From an uncultured Desulfospira sp. (GTDB taxonomy: Bacteria; Desulfobacterota; Desulfobacteria; Desulfobacterales; Desulfobacteraceae), in the NCBI GenBank assembly GCA_963663165.1, contig OY760175.1, positions 6,080,001 through 6,144,000 of the forward strand: 64,000 nucleotides of DNA. The letters are read 5' to 3'. The stretch's first letter is position 1. Every line of letters begins with the position of its first letter. A program made the translations under genes and the position numbers. A model generated the notes under the pieces. That model did no database searches and was not told the origin of the DNA. It saw nothing but the letters and a program-made list of their open reading frames with translations. This document shows, piece after piece, positions 31,539-40,129 of the stretch.

Positions 31539-31578
31539 AAACCGGCCGGGCCGCTGAAAAAATCAGCCCGGCCGGTTT
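31539..31578 (+). terminator. Intra-operon stem-loop
   Basis: AAACCGGCCGGGC...GCCCGGCCGGTTT between the anchor-protein gene and the protease gene. Confidence 0.55.
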
Positions 31579-31645
31579 CATAAATTCCCAACTGCTGGCA
31601 GCTAACGGCTAATGGCTGACAGCTAACATACAGGAGTACCCCGCC

Positions 31646-34600
31646 TTGAAAAAACGATTTGGCGGCCTTTTAACGGCCGCATTATTTTTGGTGGCCATGA
31701 CCACATCAACAGCCTTGGCCAAGGGAGCGGATTATATCAAAAACCACCCCGGGGCCGATGCTTCCCCGGCCTACGTGGAAGGCCGCCTGTTGATTAAAAT
31801 GAAATCCGGCGCCTCAACCAGTGCCGTGCACAGCAAACTGATGAAGCTTTCGGCCTCAACCAGGACCGTCGGCGCCGGGGCCGCTGTTTTTAAGCGCTTC
31901 CCGGCAATTAAGGCCCGCAGCGGCCAGGACCTGGTAATGATGAGCTGTCCGGGCCGGACCACGGAAGAACTGCTCAAGTCCTTTCAGGGCCGGGAGGATG
32001 TAGAGATCGCTGAACCCGATTATATCATTACCATTGACGCTGTGCCCGATGACACCGAGTTTGAACAGCTCTGGGCCCTGGAAAATACCGGCCAGGAAGT
32101 GGACGAAGAAACCGGCACCGCCGGGGCCGACATTTCAGCCCCGGCGGCCTGGGACCGGTTAAGCGATTCCGACGCAACGGTCATTGTGGCGGTCATCGAT
32201 ACCGGCGTGGATTATACCCACGAAGAGATTGCCGCCAATATGTGGACCAATGATGCCGAACTCAACGGCACCGCCGGTGTGGATGACGACGACAACGGGT
32301 ACGTGGATGACATCTACGGCATCGACACCTGTAACGGCGACGGCGACCCCTATGACGACCACTACCACGGCACCCACGTGGCCGGCACCATTGCCGCCGT
32401 CACAGACAACGGGACCGGCATTGCCGGCATCACCTGGAACCGGGCCAAGGTCATGGCCCTGAAATTCCTGTCCGCCAGCGGTTCCGGGGCCACCTCTGCA
32501 GCTGTTGAATGTATTGAATACCTGCTGGAAATGAATGACAGAGAAGAAAACAACATTGTGGTCATGAATGCGTCCTGGGGCAGTGATTCCCCCAGCGACA
32601 CCCTCAAGGCGGTTCTGGAAACCGCAGCGGACGCCGGCATCATCCTTGCGGCCGCGTCCGGAAATGATACCAGGGATTGCGACGGAGAGCAGAAACATTA
32701 CCCCAGTTCCCTGGATGTGGCCAATATCATCTCCGTGGCCGCCACCAATCAGAACGACCGTCTGGCCTATTTTTCCAGCTACGGGGCCTCTGAGGTGGAC
32801 ATTGCGGCCCCGGGCACCAACATCTTAAGCGCCATCCCCGGCGGGGGGTATACCGCCGTTTCCACGGACCCGTTCTACGACGGCATGGAAGACGGTGACG
32901 GCCTCTGGGATATGGACGCCAGCACCGGCCAGTGGGCCATCAGCGACGAGAAGGTGTTTGATGATACTTATGCCTGGAGCGACAGCCCCGGAGGCGATTA
33001 TGAGTACGGCGAGATGGGGGTGGAAAAAAACTGGTGCCTGGTGAGCAAACCCATTGACCTGTCGGCCGAAGCGGACAAGAACCTCATGCTTGGCTTTGTC
33101 CTTTATAAGGACCTGCTCCCCGACAGCACGGCCTGCGGGAAAAAAGACACTTTTTATGTGGAAGTCTCCGGCGATGACGGGGACACCTGGACCACCCTGG
33201 CCGGCCACAGCGGATCAGACCCGGACTGGAAAACCTACTCCTATGCCATCCCGGCAGACCTGGTTACCGAAACCTTCCGGATCCGTTTCCGCTTGGACAT
33301 CTGGCCCAACGGATCTGCCGACGGCATCTACCTGGATGAAGTCGGCATTGGTGAGGCCAATGCCATGGGCGCGTTTAAATTTGCCAACGGCACCTCCATG
33401 GCAACCCCCCATATCAGCGGCGCCATTGCCCTGATGGCCGCTCTTTTCCCTGACGAGGGCATGGATGAACGGATCAGCCGTCTGCTGAACAGCAGTGACC
33501 GGCTGGACATCCTGAAAGGAAACCTGGCCAGTGACGGGCGGCTAAATCTGGATGCGGCTCTGGACCCGGATCTGCCGCTCAGCCCCGTGGTCAAAACCTT
33601 TGAGCTGACCGGCGACCGCACGATATCCATTGAAGGCCGCTTTTTCGGCGACGAGTCCGGCCGGATCATGTTTCACGATGCGTCTGACCCGGACAACGGC
33701 CTGGACGGCCAGGTCACCGCCTGGAGCGATACGGCCGTTACCGTGGAAAAACCGGCTTATTCCGGCGGGTATTTTTACGTGATCGACAGTGACGGCAACC
33801 GTTCCGGCCGCCGCCCCATGAAGGTGAGCCTGTGGGGTGATAAAAACGAGGCTCAGAACAAAAGGGATTCGGGCACGGCCTGCCTGGTGGACGGAAAAAT
33901 CTACAGTTTCGGCGGATTTGCCGGGGGCAACAATGCCCTGCGCAGCTGGGAGGTGTATACCCCTCAGACCGATACCTGGGAATACCCTTACGGCAACTGG
34001 ATGCTCAAAAACCGGGCCCACCTGACCTCAACGGTACTGGACGGCAAAATCTACATCATTGGCGGCTATACCACTGTGGGGGACGGCGGGAACGTGGACC
34101 TGGTCAGCGTGTTCGATGCTCAAGAAAGAAGCTTTACCCAGGTTGAGAGCCTGCCCGAGGCCATCTGTCTTGCCTGGGCGGTGACGGCCAATGACAAAAT
34201 TTACCTGACCGGCGGCATAGATGATGATGACAATGCCCTTGCCACCATCTACACCTTTGACCCCGATGCCGGCGAGGGCACCAAATGGCAGGCCCTGTCA
34301 ACGGCCATGACCACGCCGCGTTTTGCCCATGGTGCCGTGGCCCTGGAAGATAAAATTTATATCTTCGGCGGCCTGGAAGACTGGGAGGATGAGGAGGTCT
34401 ACCTGTCCACCGGTGAAATCCTTGACCTGTCCACAGGGACCGTGAGCGCCATGGCCGACATGCCCATTGCCTTAGCCCGGTTTGGCGTGGCCTGCGACGG
34501 CCGGTATATCTATGCGGTAGGGGGGACCAACAACGATTTCTGGTATACCCCCAAAGATGTGGTGCTGCGCTATGACACAAAGACCGATACCTGGTCCTCG

Positions 34601-35050
34601 CTGCCGGACCGCCAGCTTACCCAGGGCAAGCTGGCCGCCCCGGCCGTCTTTATTGAGGACCTCGGGTTGTTCAGCATCACCGGCGGCATCAACGCCACAG
34701 CCACGGGCACCAGCATTTCCAGCTCCAGCTTTGCCGCCACCAAGGCGGTCTCTTTCCTGGATGTATGGGCCGTCACCGACGATGACGCGGACCTGATCCC
34801 GGATACGGACGACAACTGCCGGCAGACCGCCAATGCGGCCCAGCTGGATACGGATGAGGACGGCTACGGCAATGCCTGCGACTGCGATCTGGACAATGAC
34901 GGCCGGGTTAACCGCAGCGATTATATCATCTTCCGGACCTACTATAACTCGAATGAGGCCCTGGCCGATTTCAACGGCGACGGCAGTGTCAACCGCTCAG
35001 ATTATATGATCCTTCGCAGCCGCTGGAATACATCGGCACCGTTTGAATAA
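31646..35050 (+). CDS. Secreted S8 subtilase + jelly-roll insert + IPT/TIG-like + Kelch repeats + TSP3 + dockerin-like tail
   Basis: VIDTG / HGTHVAG / GTSMATPHI; Kelch GKIYSFGG, GKIYIIGG, KIYLTGG, KIYIFGG, YIYAVGG; tail DLDNDGRVNRSDY..DFNGDGSVNRSDY; TTG start after AGGAG. Confidence 0.9.
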   Translation: MKKRFGGLLTAALFLVAMTTSTALAKGADYIKNHPGADASPAYVEGRLLIKMKSGASTSAVHSKLMKLSASTRTVGAGAAVFKRFPAIKARSGQDLVMMSCPGRTTEELLKSFQGREDVEIAEPDYIITIDAVPDDTEFEQLWALENTGQEVDEETGTAGADISAPAAWDRLSDSDATVIVAVIDTGVDYTHEEIAANMWTNDAELNGTAGVDDDDNGYVDDIYGIDTCNGDGDPYDDHYHGTHVAGTIAAVTDNGTGIAGITWNRAKVMALKFLSASGSGATSAAVECIEYLLEMNDREENNIVVMNASWGSDSPSDTLKAVLETAADAGIILAAASGNDTRDCDGEQKHYPSSLDVANIISVAATNQNDRLAYFSSYGASEVDIAAPGTNILSAIPGGGYTAVSTDPFYDGMEDGDGLWDMDASTGQWAISDEKVFDDTYAWSDSPGGDYEYGEMGVEKNWCLVSKPIDLSAEADKNLMLGFVLYKDLLPDSTACGKKDTFYVEVSGDDGDTWTTLAGHSGSDPDWKTYSYAIPADLVTETFRIRFRLDIWPNGSADGIYLDEVGIGEANAMGAFKFANGTSMATPHISGAIALMAALFPDEGMDERISRLLNSSDRLDILKGNLASDGRLNLDAALDPDLPLSPVVKTFELTGDRTISIEGRFFGDESGRIMFHDASDPDNGLDGQVTAWSDTAVTVEKPAYSGGYFYVIDSDGNRSGRRPMKVSLWGDKNEAQNKRDSGTACLVDGKIYSFGGFAGGNNALRSWEVYTPQTDTWEYPYGNWMLKNRAHLTSTVLDGKIYIIGGYTTVGDGGNVDLVSVFDAQERSFTQVESLPEAICLAWAVTANDKIYLTGGIDDDDNALATIYTFDPDAGEGTKWQALSTAMTTPRFAHGAVALEDKIYIFGGLEDWEDEEVYLSTGEILDLSTGTVSAMADMPIALARFGVACDGRYIYAVGGTNNDFWYTPKDVVLRYDTKTDTWSSLPDRQLTQGKLAAPAVFIEDLGLFSITGGINATATGTSISSSSFAATKAVSFLDVWAVTDDDADLIPDTDDNCRQTANAAQLDTDEDGYGNACDCDLDNDGRVNRSDYIIFRTYYNSNEALADFNGDGSVNRSDYMILRSRWNTSAPFE

Positions 35051-35096
35051 CGGCCACGGGCCGTCTTGGTTATCCAACCGGGCACCGGTCCACAAC
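35048..35096 (+). repeat. TAACGGCC repeat starting at the S8 stop codon
   Basis: TAACGGCCACGGGCCGTCTTGGTTATCCAACCGGGCACCGGTCCACAAC. Confidence 0.8.
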
Positions 35097-35114
35097 CCCT
35101 TCCAAAAAACAGCG

Positions 35115-35152
35115 GGCCGGACACCCTTGGCGGTGTCCGGCCTGGTTTTTTT
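35115..35152 (+). terminator. Intrinsic terminator
   Basis: GGCCGGACACC-cttggc-GGTGTCCGGCC followed by a T-run. Confidence 0.75.
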
Positions 35153-35179
35153 ATTGTACAGCACAAAAATAGAGGTGCC

Positions 35180-35268
35180 AGGAAACAAGAAACTGGAAAC
35201 AAGAAACAAGAAACAGGAAACAAAAAACTGGAAACAAGAAACAGGAAACAAGAAACTGGAAACAAGAA
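35180..35268. repeat. Heptamer tandem repeat (AAGAAAC/AGGAAAC/TGGAAAC)n
   Basis: About 12 consecutive 7-bp units. Confidence 0.85.
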
Positions 35269-35480
35269 AGGAGTCGAAGCCCCTCTGTGGTGTTTGGCGA
35301 AATCCAAACCTCTGTGCCCTCGGTGATTTAAAAATATGAAATCCCAAAGGGATTGAAAGGTTCTTCTTTAGCCTTTCGGTTTTTATAAATTGTGGGCTTC
35401 GCCCACGCTTTAAATTTAACCACAGAGGGGCACAGAGCGGCAAAGCCGCAACCAAAAGATGTGTTTTTTGCTGGTAAATT

Positions 35481-35563
35481 TAATGTATAAAATGGGGACT
35501 TGGGATATGGGACTTGGGTAGGCCGTGGATACTGCAATCCCCAAGTCCCATATCCCAAGTCCC
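35481..35563. repeat. Heptamer-armed palindrome, copy 1
   Basis: (GGGACTT/GGGATAT)n arms around GGCCGTGGATAC(T/G)GCAATC; copy 2 at 37848-37943. Confidence 0.8.
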
Positions 35564-35681
35564 AAGGTTGGAGCGATAGATGTCGGATGCCGGGTTCCTT
35601 TGGAGGGCTCATCCGGTCTCCTTCTTCCGGTTTCCGGTCTCCCTATGTTTTATTTCTCCCAGGATAATCTTAATAAAATTT

Positions 35682-35833
35682 GTAACTATTCAGCTAATGC
35701 TGAAAACTATGCAAAACCAGGGTCCGTAACTGTTCATCAGTGCTTCATATTTGTTTAGTCAGGACTTCGTAGCATACTTTTGCTATGTGAGAAGGCCTGA
35801 ATGAGCGAAGATGGGGCACTGCCGAATAGTTGC
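35682..35833. mobile_element. MITE (152 bp) with 8-bp TSD
   Basis: TIR GTAACTATTCAGC / GCCGAATAGTTGC (11/13 match); TAAAATTT on both sides (35674-35681, 35834-35841). Confidence 0.75.
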
Positions 35834-35874
35834 TAAAATTTTAAGCTTTTGGAGCTGAGTAGCACAGAGTTTCA

Positions 35875-36003
35875 GTCGGAGGCGGGTGGGCAAAAGCGCA
35901 GCGTTGCCCACCATTGGGCGTATAGCATATAGTTTTTTAAGGATAAATTAAATGGTTTTACGGCAACCGGTGGGCACAAAAAGCGTGCCACCGACTACCG
36001 ACT
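35875..36003. repeat. REP doublet (REPIN-like)
   Basis: GGGTGGGCAAAAGCGCAGCGTTGCCCACC and GGTGGGCACAAAAAGCGTGCCACC. Confidence 0.6.
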
Positions 36004-36090
36004 GGTGATGTCGATTTCGATGATAATGACAATGTATAAAAGGTAGACCGAATACGGCAAGTTCCCTGACAACCGGCTTTGTTTTATGGC

Positions 36091-37731
36091 TCAGCTTTTT
36101 GCCCAGGTGGCCGAAAGGGTGTCGGTGATAAACCGGTCTGAAATGCACAGGGCTGAAAAAGAAAATAAAAATTCAATGAGTTCCGGCACGGATATGGGCT
36201 GGTTAAACCCCCCTAAGTGGGGACCGGTGAGCAGCAGGATTTCCTCTTTTCCCCGGGTATACGGGCTGGTATCTTCAATTCCCCGCTCCTTGAGAAACAG
36301 GGAAAAGGCGTCATCGTCCATGTTTTCCTGGTCTTCTATCCGGAGCCGCTCTGCCATGTGTTCATCTATGCCCATCTGCTCAATCAGCCGGCGGACCAGG
36401 TGGTCCACGGGCAGTTCCAGGGAGGGGGGGCGGCCGGTCAGGGCATGGTGAAAAGCTCTGGCCGTTTCCCGGATCAGCCCGGCAAAAAGGCCGGGATCAA
36501 AAAGGTGCCTGGCATCAACGGGTTTTCCCTGGCTGTCCAGCCCCCGCAGGGAAGGCGCTTTGTTCCGGAACCAGGAGCCTGCCACAAGGATCAGGCTTAA
36601 GATGTACTCCCCAATGGTGTGGGCCAGCTGCCGGCTGTTCTCCAAAACCGTCAGATGTTCAAAATCCCTGACCCCTGAGGTGCTGAAGTTGGGGTACTCG
36701 CAGGATTCAAGCCACTGGTCCAGCCGTCCGGCATGCTCCCACAGGTAGACCCCCTGATCCTGGCGCCGGTCCTGCTGGACCCGGTTGTGGAACAAGGGGA
36801 TAAGGGCCGTATGGATGATGCCCATCCGGCCTAACCGGCCCAGGATGCCGGCGGTTTGGGAGAATATTTGTCGGATTTCTTCCGGGTCTTTTAAATCCTT
36901 GGGGTCGTTGGGATAGTCAAAATAGGCCTCATGGACAGTGTAGGCAATGGCCATGGGCAATACGGATTTATTTTTTAAAAGGTCCTTTGGGATCTGGTCA
37001 ATCTCAAGGAGGCGGCGTTGCTGGATCAGCACCGGTTCGGGCAAAAGAAAACGGGTTTCAGGGCAGGGGGTATGTTCTGAAAACCAGGTCATCCAACGGC
37101 TTTCGCCGGCCAACTGCGGAACATTTTCCATAGAATTGGCAAATTTAATAACGCCCACAAGGTTGGTGCCGGCCATGGGGCAGACAATGCTCCGGCCTTT
37201 GGGGTTCAGGCGGCCCGGCCTGGCCCCGGTGATCCGTGAAAATTGAGACAAAACCTCATCAAAGGGTATGGCCACCGTTTTCTGGACAGGGATATCCGGG
37301 ATGTCCGGCATATTCAGCCGGATGGGAAGGTGGCTTAAACTCTCCGAGGCCGCCCGGTTCCGTTTCCCGGTTGAACCGATCATGATTTGCTGGATCCGGG
37401 GAATGATCTCCTGGCACAGGGCCTGGTCCGGGACATTTAAAACCATACTGACCAGGGCTTCAAATGCCTTCCGGTAAAGAAAAAGAATCTGCTTCTGGGT
37501 TTCAAACCGGTCGGATTCGACAAGGACAAAAAGGGCGGTACAGGTTTGCCGGGTAATGGTTTCCGGGACGGTTTCGATCTGGTCGGCTATATATTGAATG
37601 CCCATATAGGCACCGGAAAAATCAAGGGCCTGCTCGAGCATCTGCCGTTCGGTCCTTATCCGGCTCCCAGGACCGGCTTTATGGGGGGCTTCCTGAAGGG
37701 GGGACAGGGTTTTTTCAAGTTGGGCATTCAT
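36091..37731 (-). CDS. SidJ-related pseudokinase
   Basis: GVIKF, YFDYPN, GIIHTALIPLFHNRVQ..R.D.GVYLW..GRLDQWLESCEYPNF..SGVRDFEH, HLGGFNQPIS, recalled as the deltaproteobacterial SidJ-related family. Confidence 0.75.
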   Translation of the reverse strand: MNAQLEKTLSPLQEAPHKAGPGSRIRTERQMLEQALDFSGAYMGIQYIADQIETVPETITRQTCTALFVLVESDRFETQKQILFLYRKAFEALVSMVLNVPDQALCQEIIPRIQQIMIGSTGKRNRAASESLSHLPIRLNMPDIPDIPVQKTVAIPFDEVLSQFSRITGARPGRLNPKGRSIVCPMAGTNLVGVIKFANSMENVPQLAGESRWMTWFSEHTPCPETRFLLPEPVLIQQRRLLEIDQIPKDLLKNKSVLPMAIAYTVHEAYFDYPNDPKDLKDPEEIRQIFSQTAGILGRLGRMGIIHTALIPLFHNRVQQDRRQDQGVYLWEHAGRLDQWLESCEYPNFSTSGVRDFEHLTVLENSRQLAHTIGEYILSLILVAGSWFRNKAPSLRGLDSQGKPVDARHLFDPGLFAGLIRETARAFHHALTGRPPSLELPVDHLVRRLIEQMGIDEHMAERLRIEDQENMDDDAFSLFLKERGIEDTSPYTRGKEEILLLTGPHLGGFNQPISVPELIEFLFSFSALCISDRFITDTLSATWAKS

Positions 37732-37847
37732 ACTGTCGTGTCCATATATAAAGGAACCCCAAGTTTGTAAAGGGGTTTTTATAAAGGAGACAGGGGGATC
37801 TCATGTAACTTGCCTTCCGGTGATGTGAATTTTGATGATAAGGATAA

Positions 37848-37943
37848 TAATGTATAAAATGGGGACTTGGGATATGGGATATGGGACTTGGGGAGGCCGT
37901 GGATACGGCAATCCCCAAGTCCCATATCCCATATCCCAAGTCC
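37848..37943. repeat. Heptamer-armed palindrome, copy 2
   Basis: Same core as 35481-35563 with one more heptamer per arm. Confidence 0.8.
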
Positions 37944-38138
37944 AATTTTTTGAAGTTATGTTGCGAGCGGTCCTGAAGCCTTGATTGACGGTGGTTTGGG
38001 CGCCGTAATGCCGTAAGTCAAAATCGTTCAAATAAACAGTGGGTTATCAAGGGTATGACAAATTTGCAACAAATCACTAAACATAATAAACAGCTACAGT
38101 TTGCCCTGAGGAGTGCTGGTGATGAAGTCTGTAAGGAT

Positions 38139-39158
38139 CTATAGACTATCCAGCCACTCAAGAACGTTTTGCTTGTTTTCCCACTGGATCAACTCCTCAA
38201 TCTTCGGATCAGATTTCAGGTGCTGTTTGGTGAACTGGATGAAGTTCTCTTGTAAATGTCGCTTCTGGCCTAGATCAAGCTTTAAGTAAACCATTGTGGA
38301 TTTGACATTAGAATGCCCCAAGCGATTCTTAATTTCAGATAAAGGCCGATCCTCTGAGAGCATTCGAACGGCACACGAATGACGGAAGCTATGGACGGGG
38401 TGCATGGTCGCTGTCCGCTTTGCCGGTAAAGCCTGTTCAAGGTAGTTTTTACAGATCCGGTTGATACCGTGGCGGGTCAAGCTTGTTCCTCTTTGGTTGA
38501 TGAACAGCCTTTTTTTAAACGGATGGATTGGCGTATTGCGATGTTCTTCAATATACTGATGCATAAGCTCTACTGTTTTCCCAAGCAACTGAACTTGTCG
38601 ATATCGGTTACCCTTCCCAAGAATCGCCAGAGTTTGATTTTCATAATCAAAATAATCCATCTCAAGGGTAGCGATTTCCGTTGCCCTGGCACCGGTATCA
38701 TATAATAGATACAGAAGGGTATAATCTCGGAACCCGTCCTTTCTTTTAAGTTGGACCGCATTAAGGATTTGATTGATCTCCTGGGGATACAAAAATCCGA
38801 TCAACTTGTGTTGGCTTCGTTTCCGGGGAATATCAAGGATCGCATTGGTCAGTTTTTGTTGCTCGGGATAAATAAAACGGATCATTTTGGCAAAAGACTT
38901 TAAAACGGCCAGGCGCTGGTTCCGGGTTTTAGCCGTGTTGGACCGTTTGGATTCAAGCTCATTGAGAAACTGCAAAATTAATTCTACCGTGATATGTTCC
39001 AGATTGAGCGAACTGACCTTTACGCTGTGGTACTCGGCAGCAAACGGTAAAAAAAAGCGCATGGTATCCCGGTAACTTTTGATCGTATTGGGGCGGCACC
39101 CTTTGACATAAGGCAGGTATTGGTCAAAAAATTGAACAACGCAACGGGTCAGGTTCAT
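38139..39158 (-). CDS. Tyrosine recombinase (RitC-like)
   Basis: TGARATE, GKG, HSFRHS, LGHS, TMVY; NTIKSYRD and TRNQRLA typical of the third RIT recombinase. Confidence 0.9.
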   Translation of the reverse strand: MNLTRCVVQFFDQYLPYVKGCRPNTIKSYRDTMRFFLPFAAEYHSVKVSSLNLEHITVELILQFLNELESKRSNTAKTRNQRLAVLKSFAKMIRFIYPEQQKLTNAILDIPRKRSQHKLIGFLYPQEINQILNAVQLKRKDGFRDYTLLYLLYDTGARATEIATLEMDYFDYENQTLAILGKGNRYRQVQLLGKTVELMHQYIEEHRNTPIHPFKKRLFINQRGTSLTRHGINRICKNYLEQALPAKRTATMHPVHSFRHSCAVRMLSEDRPLSEIKNRLGHSNVKSTMVYLKLDLGQKRHLQENFIQFTKQHLKSDPKIEELIQWENKQNVLEWLDSL

Positions 39159-40129
39159 GATTCATCCCTTCTGCCGGTGGTAAATTTGAACAGGCTGTCG
39201 CGGCTTTCAGCATCAACTGCTTTCAAATATTCCATGGTGTATTTATACTCAACATGACCCATATAGCCGGCAAGCACCGGCAGCACATTCCGGGGTGATT
39301 GTTTCCGGGCAATGGCTGCCTTCAAGGTGTTAATGGCAAAAGAGTGCCGTAAACAGTGCGGAGTGGGCTTCCCAAAGGTCGTGTCGCCGATAATTTTCCT
39401 TGGGCGGCGGATCCCGATTTGACGCACAGCATCGTGAAAAACAGAGCGAATACGGTTATCGTTCAAGCCGTTTTCCCCTATCCCCATGAACAGGTAGGGA
39501 TTCATATCGTTTTCAATTAAAGCGGCCCTGGTTAAAAGATAGTTGTCAATCTGCATGGCAGTTGATTTTGGAATAGGGATAAGACGGTCCTTTTTGAACT
39601 TGGTTTTCTCTATGTAAATCGTCTTTTCATCCGGCCGGTAATTTTTCAATCTCAGGCGCAAGGGTTCATTCATCCTCAGCCCACAGCGGGCAAGCAGAAG
39701 GATCACCAGATATTCACTGTAATCTTTAAGGAACCGCATAGGGGTTTGCCGGATCCGTCCGCATACCACCCCCAGTAACATTTCTACCTGCTCCGGTGAG
39801 AATATAAAGGGGATGAAGGTGCGTCGGGCCGGAGCGGTCACATCTTTCAAAGGGTTATCAAGATTTATCCGCTGCCGTTTCAGATAATCAAAAAAGCCTC
39901 GAACTACATTTAGAATGCTGGCTACGCCGGAGGGCTCAAGGCCAATCTCATTTTTAAAGGTGATATAAAAATGGGGCATCCAAATGTCTGAGAGATCCGG
40001 CTGCCTCATTAAAAAATCGTCAAAGGTAAGCAAGGCCCACCGGAGCATATGGCAACTGTATCCCAGTCCTTGCCGGTAAACAATAAAGTTTTCCATCTCT
40101 GTGGCCAAAAAGCTTTTAAACGGTTTCAT
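39155..40129 (-). CDS. Tyrosine recombinase (RitB-like)
   Basis: PFIFS, CGLRMNE, TKFKKDR, HCLRHSFA, YMGH, TMEYL. Confidence 0.9.
   Translation of the reverse strand: MKPFKSFLATEMENFIVYRQGLGYSCHMLRWALLTFDDFLMRQPDLSDIWMPHFYITFKNEIGLEPSGVASILNVVRGFFDYLKRQRINLDNPLKDVTAPARRTFIPFIFSPEQVEMLLGVVCGRIRQTPMRFLKDYSEYLVILLLARCGLRMNEPLRLRLKNYRPDEKTIYIEKTKFKKDRLIPIPKSTAMQIDNYLLTRAALIENDMNPYLFMGIGENGLNDNRIRSVFHDAVRQIGIRRPRKIIGDTTFGKPTPHCLRHSFAINTLKAAIARKQSPRNVLPVLAGYMGHVEYKYTMEYLKAVDAESRDSLFKFTTGRRDES

Noticed and set aside
34997..35758. Short ORFs with repetitive translations
   Set aside because: They are translations of heptamer repeats and lack RBS or protein-like features.
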